From positions 1,472,001 through 1,536,000 of the forward strand of contig OZ253496.1 in the NCBI GenBank assembly GCA_965262115.1: a stretch of 64,000 nt of DNA, read 5' to 3'. Made by a program: the position numbers and the translations under genes. Below the pieces are notes generated by a model, which saw only the letters and a list, made by a program, of their open reading frames with translations, ran no database searches and had not been told where the DNA came from. This stretch comes from Nitrospinales bacterium (GTDB taxonomy: Bacteria > Nitrospinota > Nitrospinia > Nitrospinales > VA-1). Position 1 is the stretch's first letter. The number at the start of each line of letters is the position of its first letter. Below, piece after piece: positions 20,928-30,127 of the stretch.

Positions 20928-22001
20928 GTGGCTAAAATTGATGCCTTCCTCAAGCTGATGAATGAACAGGGAGCTTCAGACCTGCACCTTGTTTCCGGTT
21001 CGCAACCCATACTCCGAGTTCATGGAGACATGGAGCGAATCAAATACAAAGTGCTGGAAAATGATGAACTGAAAGCGATGCTGTATGAAATTGCCCCGGA
21101 AAACAAGATCAAGGTTTTTGAAGAAACCGGAGATGTGGATTTCGCCTATGAAATTCCCAATCTGGCCCGTTACCGGGCGAATTATTTTCAGCAGAAATGG
21201 GGTGTCGGAGCGGTTTTCAGGGAAATTCCAAGCACAATTCTGACTTCCGAACAACTGGAGCTTCCCAAAGTCATTACAAAACTTTCCATGTTGCATAAGG
21301 GAATGGTTCTGGTCACCGGGCCTACGGGAAGCGGCAAATCCACAACACTTGCCGCTATGATGGACTACGTTAACAAAAATAAGAAAAGCCATATCATTAC
21401 TATTGAAGACCCGATTGAGTTTGTTCATAAAAACCAAAGTTGTATTGTCAATCACCGGGAAGTGGGGGTGCACACACAAGGGTTTAAGTCCGCCCTGCGC
21501 GGAGCCTTGCGCGAAGACCCGGATCTCATTCTCGTTGGCGAGATGCGGGATCTGGAAACCATTGAGCTGGCCTTGGAAGCTGCTTCCACGGGCCATTTGG
21601 TTTTTGGTACGCTTCACACTCAGAGCGCGGCAAAAACCGTTGACCGAGTTATCGATGTTTTCCCGGCGCACCAACAGCCGCAAATTCGCACCACCCTTTC
21701 TGAATCCTTGAAAGGAGTCATAGCTCAGAATCTGTTCAAACGCGTCGATAAAAAAGGCAGAACGGCAATACTGGAAATCATGGTAGTAACTTCGGCGGTT
21801 TCCAACCTGATTCGTGAGGGCAAGACCTTTCAAATTCCTTCGGCAATCCAGACGGGGAAAAAATATGGCATGCAGTCATTGGACGATGCCATTCTTGTAG
21901 CTTTGGAAGAGAAAAAAATCAGCCCCGAAGATGCTTACGACAAGGCCATTGTTAAAGAGAGGTTTGTTCAGTTTTTAAAAACACCGCCAGATTTTTTATG
22001 A
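20928..22001 (+). CDS. pilT: Type IV pilus retraction ATPase
   Basis: ASDLHL, GPTGSGKSTT, TIEDPIE, LREDPD.ILVGEMRD, GTLHT. Confidence 0.95.
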   Translation: MAKIDAFLKLMNEQGASDLHLVSGSQPILRVHGDMERIKYKVLENDELKAMLYEIAPENKIKVFEETGDVDFAYEIPNLARYRANYFQQKWGVGAVFREIPSTILTSEQLELPKVITKLSMLHKGMVLVTGPTGSGKSTTLAAMMDYVNKNKKSHIITIEDPIEFVHKNQSCIVNHREVGVHTQGFKSALRGALREDPDLILVGEMRDLETIELALEAASTGHLVFGTLHTQSAAKTVDRVIDVFPAHQQPQIRTTLSESLKGVIAQNLFKRVDKKGRTAILEIMVVTSAVSNLIREGKTFQIPSAIQTGKKYGMQSLDDAILVALEEKKISPEDAYDKAIVKERFVQFLKTPPDFL

Positions 22002-22008
22002 GTGACCT

Positions 22009-23181
22009 ATGAGAAAAGCGGAAGTTGATCATATTTTGACCACCATGCTGGAGGCGTTCGGAGATATTTCCGATCTTAATATCACGGTGGGAAAACCCTG
22101 CCAGGTAGAGTCGTCGGGGCGATTGACGGCGGTTCCCATAGAACCTCCCATCGAGGAGTTCACACCTTTCCAGGCAGAAATATTTGCCTTGAATCTGATC
22201 AACGCGGATAGAAGACTAACAGAAATTTTAATCCAGCAAGGTTCCTGCGATTGTTCCTATTTTCTGGTGGGCAAAGCCCGGTTCCGTGTGAATATATTTT
22301 CACAGCGCGGAAATTATACTATCATATTGAAAAAACTGGAGGCACGAATACCCTCCATTGAGGACTTGAAACTTCCGGGCCAGCTTGCCAAAGCCGCCGA
22401 AGAAAAACATGGCCTTATCCTGGTTGCAGGGGCGACCGGAAGCGATAAATCGACCACGCTTGCCGCGTTGTTGAATAAAATGAACGAGGAAAAATCCATT
22501 CACATCATTACCCTGGAAGATCCCGTGGAATTTGTGCACCCCCATAAAAAAGCTACCTTTAACCAGCGGGAATTGGGAAACGATTATGACGCATTCTCCA
22601 GCGGACTTCGGGCTGCCCTTCGTCAAGCACCCAAGGTTATTCTGGTTGGGCAAATGCGTGACCTGGAAACGCTAGAGATCGGTCTTAGCGCGGTGGAAAC
22701 CGGCCATTTGGTCATGAGTGCTCTGCATGCTGTTGATGTCGGGCAAACCATCAACCGCATTGTAGGCATGTTTCCCCAGGAAGAGGAACAGCAAATACGC
22801 ATTCGTCTGGCAGACGCTGTTCGCTGGATCATTTGTCAACGTTTGCTTCCCAAAGTGGGTGGGGGTCGGGTGGCTCTGCTTGAGATTATGTCTTCCAATA
22901 TGCGGGTGAAAGACACCATCATCAATGGCGAATCCGAAGGCAAAACTTATTACGAAATCATTACCAACGGTGACGTATATGGCATGTGGACTTTCGATCA
23001 ACATATATTGAAAATTTATCAGGAGGGTCTCATCACAGAAGAAACCGCTATGGCATATGCTTCCCGCAAGGCTATAGTCGGGCGTGGCATTGACACCCTC
23101 AAATCGGCTAAAGGAGAAAAAACAACCTATATTGAGGGGCTTGATATGGACGATGAGTATGGGGCTCAAGTTAAAAAATAA
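22009..23181 (+). CDS. pilU: PilT/PilU family ATPase with degenerate Walker motifs
   Basis: PilT-like throughout, but Walker A is GATGSDKST and Walker B is VILVGQMRD. Confidence 0.8.
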   Translation: MRKAEVDHILTTMLEAFGDISDLNITVGKPCQVESSGRLTAVPIEPPIEEFTPFQAEIFALNLINADRRLTEILIQQGSCDCSYFLVGKARFRVNIFSQRGNYTIILKKLEARIPSIEDLKLPGQLAKAAEEKHGLILVAGATGSDKSTTLAALLNKMNEEKSIHIITLEDPVEFVHPHKKATFNQRELGNDYDAFSSGLRAALRQAPKVILVGQMRDLETLEIGLSAVETGHLVMSALHAVDVGQTINRIVGMFPQEEEQQIRIRLADAVRWIICQRLLPKVGGGRVALLEIMSSNMRVKDTIINGESEGKTYYEIITNGDVYGMWTFDQHILKIYQEGLITEETAMAYASRKAIVGRGIDTLKSAKGEKTTYIEGLDMDDEYGAQVKK

Positions 23182-23197
23182 TAAGGGATGGACCAAG

Positions 23198-23863
23198 ATG
23201 CAAGTAGTGTGCGATGAGTGTCAGCGTTCCATGAACATTCCGGATGATAAGTTGCCGAAGGACTAGGCCTTCTCCATCACTTGCCCGGGATGCAAAAACA
23301 AGATTAAGGTAGATCAGCACCTGAAAACCCCGGAACCGCCAACACCCTCCAAACCCGAAGAGGTGCTGGACGCGCCGGGCATGGTCGTGGAGCACGAAGA
23401 ATTTGAAGATGATGACGAACTGGTTATTTATGAGGAAGGTGATCAGCTGGCGTTGGTGTTGGATGAAAAAAACCAGTCTGCCTGGACCAAGGTGTTGGAA
23501 AACAAGGATTATAAAATTCAATACGCCAAATCACCCGAACATGCAGTACATAAAATGAAGTTTACCCACTTCCATTTTGTTGTCTTGCATGAAAACTATG
23601 GAGGCAAGGGTCTGGAAAACAACGTTGTTTATAAAACCCTGATCGAATTGCCTATGGTGGCCCGAAGGAACATTTTTTTTGCGTTGCCGGGGACGAACTT
23701 TAAGACCCTGAATAATAAGCAGGCCTTTCAGAAAAGTGCCAATATCGTGATCAACGAAAAAGACATGGATAAGTTGGGAGATATTTTGAAGAAATCGATT
23801 TCCGAAAATGAAATATTTTATAAGGTATTCAAAGAAGCTCTTCACTCTATGGGGAAAGCATGA
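23198..23863 (+). pseudogene. Zinc-ribbon plus receiver-like protein interrupted by TAG
   Basis: CDEC...CPGC ribbon split by TAG at 23264; same frame as ORF 23363-23863. Confidence 0.75.
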
Positions 23864-24019
23864 AGCTGCAAGACACACCGATTCACCATCATTCCAGCAT
23901 TGGTAGAGCGCCTGAGGATCACAACTCATTTTCTGACACGCATTGGACTGGAGCTTGAAAGTACAAAAAATAAAATTAACTCTTATACTTTAAAACAACA
24001 GGAATAGGCCAAATAACTT

Positions 24020-25219
24020 ATGCCTACTTTTACCTACAAAGCGCGGGTCCGGGGCAAAATGCAATCCGGAGAAGTGGAAGCGGAAGACGAAAAGGCCGCG
24101 ATCTCTAAGCTGAAATTGAAGAAAATTCGTGTTACCACCGTCAAGGGAAAAGGGGGTGGAAGCGCTTTATTTGGGCCCAAAGTCCATAAAATCACCACCC
24201 GCGACGTGGTTATTTTTACCCGGACGTTTTCCACCATGGTCGATGCCGGGCTTCCTTTGGTCCAATGTTTGGACATTCTTGGCAAGCAGTCTGACAATCC
24301 TACATTGGGGGAAAAGATTTTAAGCGTCAAGGCAAATATTGAAGCCGGGAACAACCTGTCGGATTCCCTGAAAAAACATCCAAAGATTTGGGACTCGCTA
24401 TACTGCAACCTGGTTGAAGCGGGAGAAGTGGGTGGAATCCTGGACATCATCCTCAGGCGTCTGGCAGCGTATATTGAAAAAGCGGAAAAGTTAAAGAAGA
24501 AAATAAAAACCGCGATGGTTTATCCAGGAGCCATTATGACGGTAGCTTTTGTCGTCGTAGCGTTTTTAATGGTCTTTGTTATCCCGTCGTTTGCCTCGGT
24601 ATTTGCAGGGGGAGGCCAGGAACTACCGGGACCCACACAGATCGTTATGGATGTCAGCGACTTCTTCAGAGACCAGTGGTGGGTCATGATAGGTGGGGCG
24701 GCTGCTTTTATCTTTATCTTTAAAAAAGTTTACGCCACCGAGCGGGGAAATATTGAAATAGATCGGATTGCTTTAAAACTCCCTGTGTTTGGAGATTTAA
24801 TTAAAAAGGTTTCGGTAGCAAAATTTACCCGGACACTGGGAACCCTGATATCAAGCGGCGTGCCTTTGATCGAAGCTTTGGATATTTGCGCACGTACTTC
24901 GGGAAATAAAATTGTGGAACAGGCCGTGTTCAAAACCATTGAGTCTATCAAGGAAGGTGAATCGATCGCCGCCCCTCTTTCGCGGGAAGATGTTTTTCCT
25001 CCTATGGTTGTTCAAATGATTGACGTTGGGGAAGCCTCGGGCTCCCTCGACAAAATGCTGACTAAAATCGCAGACTTCTATGACGAAGAAGTTGATGCTG
25101 CGGTTGACGGTCTAACGACCCTGATGGAACCCGCGCTCATGGTCTTCCTGGGCATTGTAATCGGATTTATTGTGATTGCCATGTACTTACCCATATTTAA
25201 AATGGGAGACGCTGTTTAG
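24020..25219 (+). CDS. pilC: Type IV pilus platform protein (T2SS-F family)
   Basis: AGLPLVQCL, GE.GG.LD, AMVYP, SGVPL, LMEP, AMYLPIF. Confidence 0.93.
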   Translation: MPTFTYKARVRGKMQSGEVEAEDEKAAISKLKLKKIRVTTVKGKGGGSALFGPKVHKITTRDVVIFTRTFSTMVDAGLPLVQCLDILGKQSDNPTLGEKILSVKANIEAGNNLSDSLKKHPKIWDSLYCNLVEAGEVGGILDIILRRLAAYIEKAEKLKKKIKTAMVYPGAIMTVAFVVVAFLMVFVIPSFASVFAGGGQELPGPTQIVMDVSDFFRDQWWVMIGGAAAFIFIFKKVYATERGNIEIDRIALKLPVFGDLIKKVSVAKFTRTLGTLISSGVPLIEALDICARTSGNKIVEQAVFKTIESIKEGESIAAPLSREDVFPPMVVQMIDVGEASGSLDKMLTKIADFYDEEVDAAVDGLTTLMEPALMVFLGIVIGFIVIAMYLPIFKMGDAV

Positions 25220-25255
25220 ACGAAGATTAAATTCGTTGGCGGATCCGGCCGCGCT

Positions 25256-26956
25256 ATGACACGCGAAATCCACAATCAGGATCAGGAATTAGAGCAGCGA
25301 GTCAGAAGAATAATGCTCTTAAGGGTTTTCTTTTTGACCGGGTTTGTGGCCCTGTTGCTTGCCTTTCAAGAGAGTTTGGGAATCACCGCACCCATAGAAC
25401 CTCTCTGCATGGTTATTGGGGTGGGGTTTTTCATGTCCCTGATTTATGCGGTTCTTTTCAGATTTTTGACTTTGGCGGAAAACGCTTCGCTTCAGGTTGT
25501 GGGAGACTTGCTTCTGGTGGGCGGCATTCTCTTCACCACAGGGGGTATTGACAGCCCCATTTCCTTACTTTTCTTATTTGTAATTATTGCATCCAGTGTC
25601 ACTCTGCCCAGAGCCGCAGCCTATCTGGCGGCATCGGGCGCCATTATCATTTATGGAGTGCTGGTGGATCTGGAGTATTTTGGCATCATTACTCCGGTTT
25701 ATTTGTTTCCAGAATCGAAGGTGTCTTTTGCAAGCGGTTATGTTTTTTATGTAATTTTTTTAAACATTGTTTCCTATTATACGGTGGCTTACCTCAGCAG
25801 TTTTCTCTCGCATCGACTGCGAATGGTTAAAGAGAAACTGGCTCGCGCAAGTATCAATCTGGAAGAGCAAAGGGCTTTCAACCGGGACATTATACAGAAC
25901 ATGGGAAATGGGTTGATCACCACTAACCTGGAAGGCAGGGTCACATCCATCAACCCTGCCGCGAGAGTTCTGACGGGTTATTCTGTTGAAGCGAGCCTGG
26001 AGAATCCCATTCGGCGGTTGATACCTTTAGCCGAATTGAAAAACCTGTTTTCCAAAGATTTAACACTTGTTTTTCCAAAACAGATTGAAGGGGAATACCA
26101 ACGAAAAGACGGAAGGATCATTTTTATCCGGATAAAAATCAGCCATCTTGCTGACCTCAATGAACCGGGATTCATTCTGGTATTTGAAGATCTCACCGAA
26201 GTAAAAGAAATGCAGGAAAAGGTTTTGAGGACAGAACAGTTAGCGGCGGTGGGAAGGTTTTCAGCAGGGCTTGCCCACGAAATCAGAAACCCGCTGACTT
26301 CACTGAGCGGTTCCATTCAGGTGCTGGCAAGAGGTCTTAAACTTGAAGACGCCTATAAAAAACTCATGGAAATAGTGATGAAGGAAACGGATCGTCTGAA
26401 TAGCATTCTTTCAGATTTTCTCAACTATTCCCAACCCAAAAAAAGCAATAATACCATTATAGATTTGACTCAACTTGTTCAGGATGTAATCATCCTGTTA
26501 AAGAATAAAGAGGCCTTGAGCTCTAAAAAACAGATTGTTTTCAAAGGAACGACTGACCATTTGATCCTGCATGGAGATGAGGAACAAATTAAACAGGTTG
26601 TGTGGAATTTGTGTATCAATGCTTTGGAAGCGATGTCCCAGGGAACCCTGACCTTGTCGCTTAAGGAGGTTTTTTCATTCCGGAGCGGAGAGTTTCAAGC
26701 TAATCACCGCGGCATGGTTCTTGAGGTCCAAGATGAGGGTTGTGGCATTGCCTCGGATCAGATCAATAATATTTATGATCCTTTCTATTCCAGTAAGAAA
26801 GATGGAGTCGGCTTAGGACTGGCAACCGCATATCAAATCGTCAACCGACACGGAGGGATTATGGATGTCGAAAGCACCCCCGGTACAGGAACTTTATTCA
26901 CGGTTTTTTTCCCCGATCAGGAAAGTGAAAAACCTGTCCCCTTGTCTTCCCATTAG
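25256..26956 (+). CDS. PilS-like sensor histidine kinase
   Basis: Multi-TM N-terminus, PAS, AHEIRNPL H-box, N and G boxes; follows pilC. Confidence 0.85.
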   Translation: MTREIHNQDQELEQRVRRIMLLRVFFLTGFVALLLAFQESLGITAPIEPLCMVIGVGFFMSLIYAVLFRFLTLAENASLQVVGDLLLVGGILFTTGGIDSPISLLFLFVIIASSVTLPRAAAYLAASGAIIIYGVLVDLEYFGIITPVYLFPESKVSFASGYVFYVIFLNIVSYYTVAYLSSFLSHRLRMVKEKLARASINLEEQRAFNRDIIQNMGNGLITTNLEGRVTSINPAARVLTGYSVEASLENPIRRLIPLAELKNLFSKDLTLVFPKQIEGEYQRKDGRIIFIRIKISHLADLNEPGFILVFEDLTEVKEMQEKVLRTEQLAAVGRFSAGLAHEIRNPLTSLSGSIQVLARGLKLEDAYKKLMEIVMKETDRLNSILSDFLNYSQPKKSNNTIIDLTQLVQDVIILLKNKEALSSKKQIVFKGTTDHLILHGDEEQIKQVVWNLCINALEAMSQGTLTLSLKEVFSFRSGEFQANHRGMVLEVQDEGCGIASDQINNIYDPFYSSKKDGVGLGLATAYQIVNRHGGIMDVESTPGTGTLFTVFFPDQESEKPVPLSSH

Positions 26957-27030
26957 TATTAAAAAATTCTAAAAAGGAAATCGATCATGTCAGGAGAGGG
27001 ACCCATAAAAATAACCGACACTACCCCTAA

Positions 27031-27897
27031 ATGGAGAACAGTTTCTTGAAAGCTTTAAATATCCTGGCCGGGTTGATAATGGTTCTTTTTTTATCAGGAT
27101 GTGCCACCCACCTGCAAAAAAATACTCCTGAAAATATGGTTTTCATTGCCGAAGGACCCTTTACCATGGGTTTTGTTATAGAAAATGATAATGAATGGGG
27201 AGATATGGATGAAGACCCGGTTCATGAAGTTACGCTCAGCGCTTACTGGATGGATAAATATGAGGTCACGAGTGCTGACTTCGCCGAATTTCTTAACTCT
27301 CACCAAGGTTCTGCCCGGCAGTTCATGGAAATCACTCCAAGCGTTACGGTTGAGTTTGTAGAGGGAAAATACCAACCCCGGACCGGGCTGGAGAACCTGC
27401 CTGTTAACCGGGTCTCCTGGCATGGTGCCGATGCCTATTGCCAGTGGAAAGACAAACGCCTGCCTACTGAAGCAGAATGGGAAAAGGCTGCAAGAGGAAC
27501 CGACCAGAGAATTTTTCCCTGGGGAAACGAATTTCCCGACAATAGCCGCGTCACTTTTCGGCGTAAATTTTCTAAACTGGGTTTTGAAGTGATGGAACTG
27601 GTAGATAGTATGAGCCAGGGGGTTTCCCCTTATGGAATCCATCACATGGCGGGTAATGTCTGGGAGTGGGTTGCCGACTGGTTTGGTGGAGGAACCTATG
27701 AAGATCGCGAATCCAAAGATCCTAAAGGCCCTGAAACCGGAATCAGCAAGGTATTACGGGGGGGCAATTGGTATTACAAGGCCTACTATTTGAGAACTAC
27801 CTACCGCTTTAACGAACGGCCCGATCAATTCAATATTTGGCAAGGATTCCGCTGCGCCTGGCCAGCGACCGGTGGCAAAAAACTTCCCCCCCTTTAA
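27031..27897 (+). CDS. FGE-sulfatase (SUMF1/EgtB/PvdO) domain lipoprotein
   Basis: LSGC lipobox; RLPTEAEWEKAARG, MAGNVWEWV, GFRCA. Confidence 0.9.
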   Translation: MENSFLKALNILAGLIMVLFLSGCATHLQKNTPENMVFIAEGPFTMGFVIENDNEWGDMDEDPVHEVTLSAYWMDKYEVTSADFAEFLNSHQGSARQFMEITPSVTVEFVEGKYQPRTGLENLPVNRVSWHGADAYCQWKDKRLPTEAEWEKAARGTDQRIFPWGNEFPDNSRVTFRRKFSKLGFEVMELVDSMSQGVSPYGIHHMAGNVWEWVADWFGGGTYEDRESKDPKGPETGISKVLRGGNWYYKAYYLRTTYRFNERPDQFNIWQGFRCAWPATGGKKLPPL

Positions 27898-27898
27898 G

Positions 27899-28027
27899 GA
27901 GACCTTTGCATAAGTCGAAAAAAACAGAAAAGCGAGATTCTTCACTGCGTTCAGAATGACAATACAAGGCTGTTTTGTCATTCTGAGGAACAAAGTGACG
28001 AAGAATCTCGGGTTATGCAAAGCTCTC
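27899..28027. mobile_element. MITE family B copy carrying a GTCATT...AATGAC-type palindrome
   Basis: GAGACCTTTGCATAA...TTATGCAAAGCTCTC termini. Confidence 0.75.
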
Positions 28028-28112
28028 CCTGATAAAGGGGGACTGAGGGGAGTTGGGTTTTCCTGTTTTCGGGTAATGCAGTGTTCCCTACACGGTTAGT
28101 TCTGTTCTGGTC

Positions 28113-28737
28113 ATGACCCTTTATTTATTGCTTTCGGTGTTCGGGTTCCTGGTGCACAACATTTCCGAGTATAACTGCCTCACTTCCCTTTTTATTTACT
28201 ATTTTGTATTTCTGGTTGCATCAATGGGACTCTTGTGCAGAGAAAGCGTTCCGCAAGTTTATAATAATTTGCCGCTCTTGAAAAAAAACATTTATGCTAC
28301 CGTCTATGCTTTTTGCTGTCCTTTTGACAGGATTTGCCTTGTCGAATTATTATAAATATAATCAAATTATAGTTAAAAAACTTCCTTTCAGCCAAACCCT
28401 GGGTGACGCGGAATATGAATTAAGACTTGCCAAAAATTTATGTAAGCAGTGCGGGGGGCCTCATTATTTATCCGGTTTCTTAAAATTGGAAGAGTACAAA
28501 AGAACAAGAGATCCTGAATTGCTAGAGGGAGCGCGAAAAGAGTTTTCCGAAGCTCTTATTCGAAACCCATACAGTTCGAGATTTTATTTTGCTGAAGGAG
28601 ATGCCTTTAACTTTCAAGGAAAGAAGGGGCAAGCAAAGCATTCTTATACAATGACCGGGAAAAACCCTAGGTACGCGTTACCCGCTTTAGAGAGAATTAA
28701 AACCCTGGGGAAAATTGATAGAGGCTTGGAACCCTGA
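28113..28737 (+). pseudogene. 5'-truncated, frameshifted O-antigen-ligase-like (Wzy_C plus TPR) remnant
   Basis: GFLVHNISEYN TM motif, frame change near the A8 run at about 28281, TPR-like C-terminus. Confidence 0.5.
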
Positions 28738-28749
28738 ATTATCTTTGTC

Positions 28750-29526
28750 TTGTTAAACTGTTATAATGGCGTTATGCGAACCAAATCCGTAACGGCAATC
28801 TGTTTGACTATGATAATTTTTGGAATTTCCATTCCTGGAATGTCGCAGCAGTTAAACCCTGATCTGTTTCAACCCTCCTCTTTGGTCAGCAGTGAAATTG
28901 CACGCAAACAACTCCAAAAAATCTACCTGACATCCGCAAAGCAACGCACGTTCCATTGCGGTTGCGTGTTTGACAGGTTAAAACAGGTCTTTCCCAATTT
29001 GTGTAATGCCAGGACAGTTTTTGAAAAAGGCAAACCGAAAAAGCTGATCTGGGCATCTTTGATGCCGCCAAGTGTTTTTGCCAGATCGTTAAAGTGCTGG
29101 AGCAAGACCCTGTGTACGCGCCCCGGTGGGAAAAAAATCAAGGGAGCTCAATGTTGCTCGGAAATTTCGCCAAAGTTTAAAACCAGAGAATCCGATATGC
29201 ATAATATTTTTCCTATGATTGAAAAACCGGCAACTCCTGTTGCGACAAAGGAATTTTCCGGTATGTGGGAATACCGTTATTGTGAAAAAGAAGGCACGCT
29301 TAGAAAAGAGATTAGCGGCAATGCGTCCAGGGCTTATTTATATATGTCGTTTCAATTTAAAATTCCTTTGGATGAGAACCTGGAAAATTCATTGCGGATG
29401 TGGCATTTTGAAGATCCTCCTGATGAGTGGGAGGAAAAACGCAATGACCTGATAGAGGTTATCCAGGGAAACCGTAATCCCTTCATCGATCAGCCGGAAC
29501 TGGTGGAGCGGGTTGCCGATTTTTAG
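28750..29526 (+). CDS. Endonuclease I (EndA/Vvn)-like secreted protein with a degenerate active site
   Basis: TFHCGC, DMHNIFP, RAYLYM, W...DPPD.WE, QGNRNPF; EWEH motif absent. Confidence 0.75.
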   Translation: MLNCYNGVMRTKSVTAICLTMIIFGISIPGMSQQLNPDLFQPSSLVSSEIARKQLQKIYLTSAKQRTFHCGCVFDRLKQVFPNLCNARTVFEKGKPKKLIWASLMPPSVFARSLKCWSKTLCTRPGGKKIKGAQCCSEISPKFKTRESDMHNIFPMIEKPATPVATKEFSGMWEYRYCEKEGTLRKEISGNASRAYLYMSFQFKIPLDENLENSLRMWHFEDPPDEWEEKRNDLIEVIQGNRNPFIDQPELVERVADF

Positions 29527-29567
29527 CGGCCAGTACCCATCCGGGGCATGAAGGTTATGGTAAAAAT

Positions 29568-30005
29568 TCACAAGCGGGTTCCGGGAGGAAGCTGGGTGTC
29601 CTCATCGGTGAGGGTAGCTTCAAGTTGCGAATCAGTGACGCAGGTGTTCTGCAGGTTGGCGCCTTGAAGATAAGCCCCACCCAGGCGGGTGTTTTGCAGG
29701 TCGGCGTTCTCCAGATTAGCCCACATCAGATCGGTTTCTTCTAAGTTGGCGTTTTTCAGGCAGGTGCCCTGCAATTGGGCGTCTTGCAAGTTAGCCCCCC
29801 TGAGGTCGGCATTTTCAAAATTGGCTCCACGAAGGTCAGTGCCTTGCAAATTGGCCTCCACCAGAACAGCATTTTTAAAATTGCTTTCCCTTAAGTCTTC
29901 GCCGCTGAGATCGGCGAATATGCCGTCCTTGCCTTTTGATTCAAACCATTCCTTATGACTCAGGAGGATCTGTGGGAGAATGGAAATGAGGCTGGATTTT
30001 TTCAT
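29568..30005 (-). CDS. Pentapeptide repeat protein
   Basis: A(N/D)Lxx repeats; paralogous to 18168-18632; start uncertain. Confidence 0.88.
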   Translation of the reverse strand: MKKSSLISILPQILLSHKEWFESKGKDGIFADLSGEDLRESNFKNAVLVEANLQGTDLRGANFENADLRGANLQDAQLQGTCLKNANLEETDLMWANLENADLQNTRLGGAYLQGANLQNTCVTDSQLEATLTDEDTQLPPGTRL

Positions 30006-30127
30006 AACTAATGAGGGGTCTTTGAAAAATGCCTTAAAATTATGAAACTCAAACTTGCAAACCGACACATGTATTTACCATAGTATAAAACTGTTTTTTG
30101 TTATTTTTAAATAAATAGACCGCCTAA

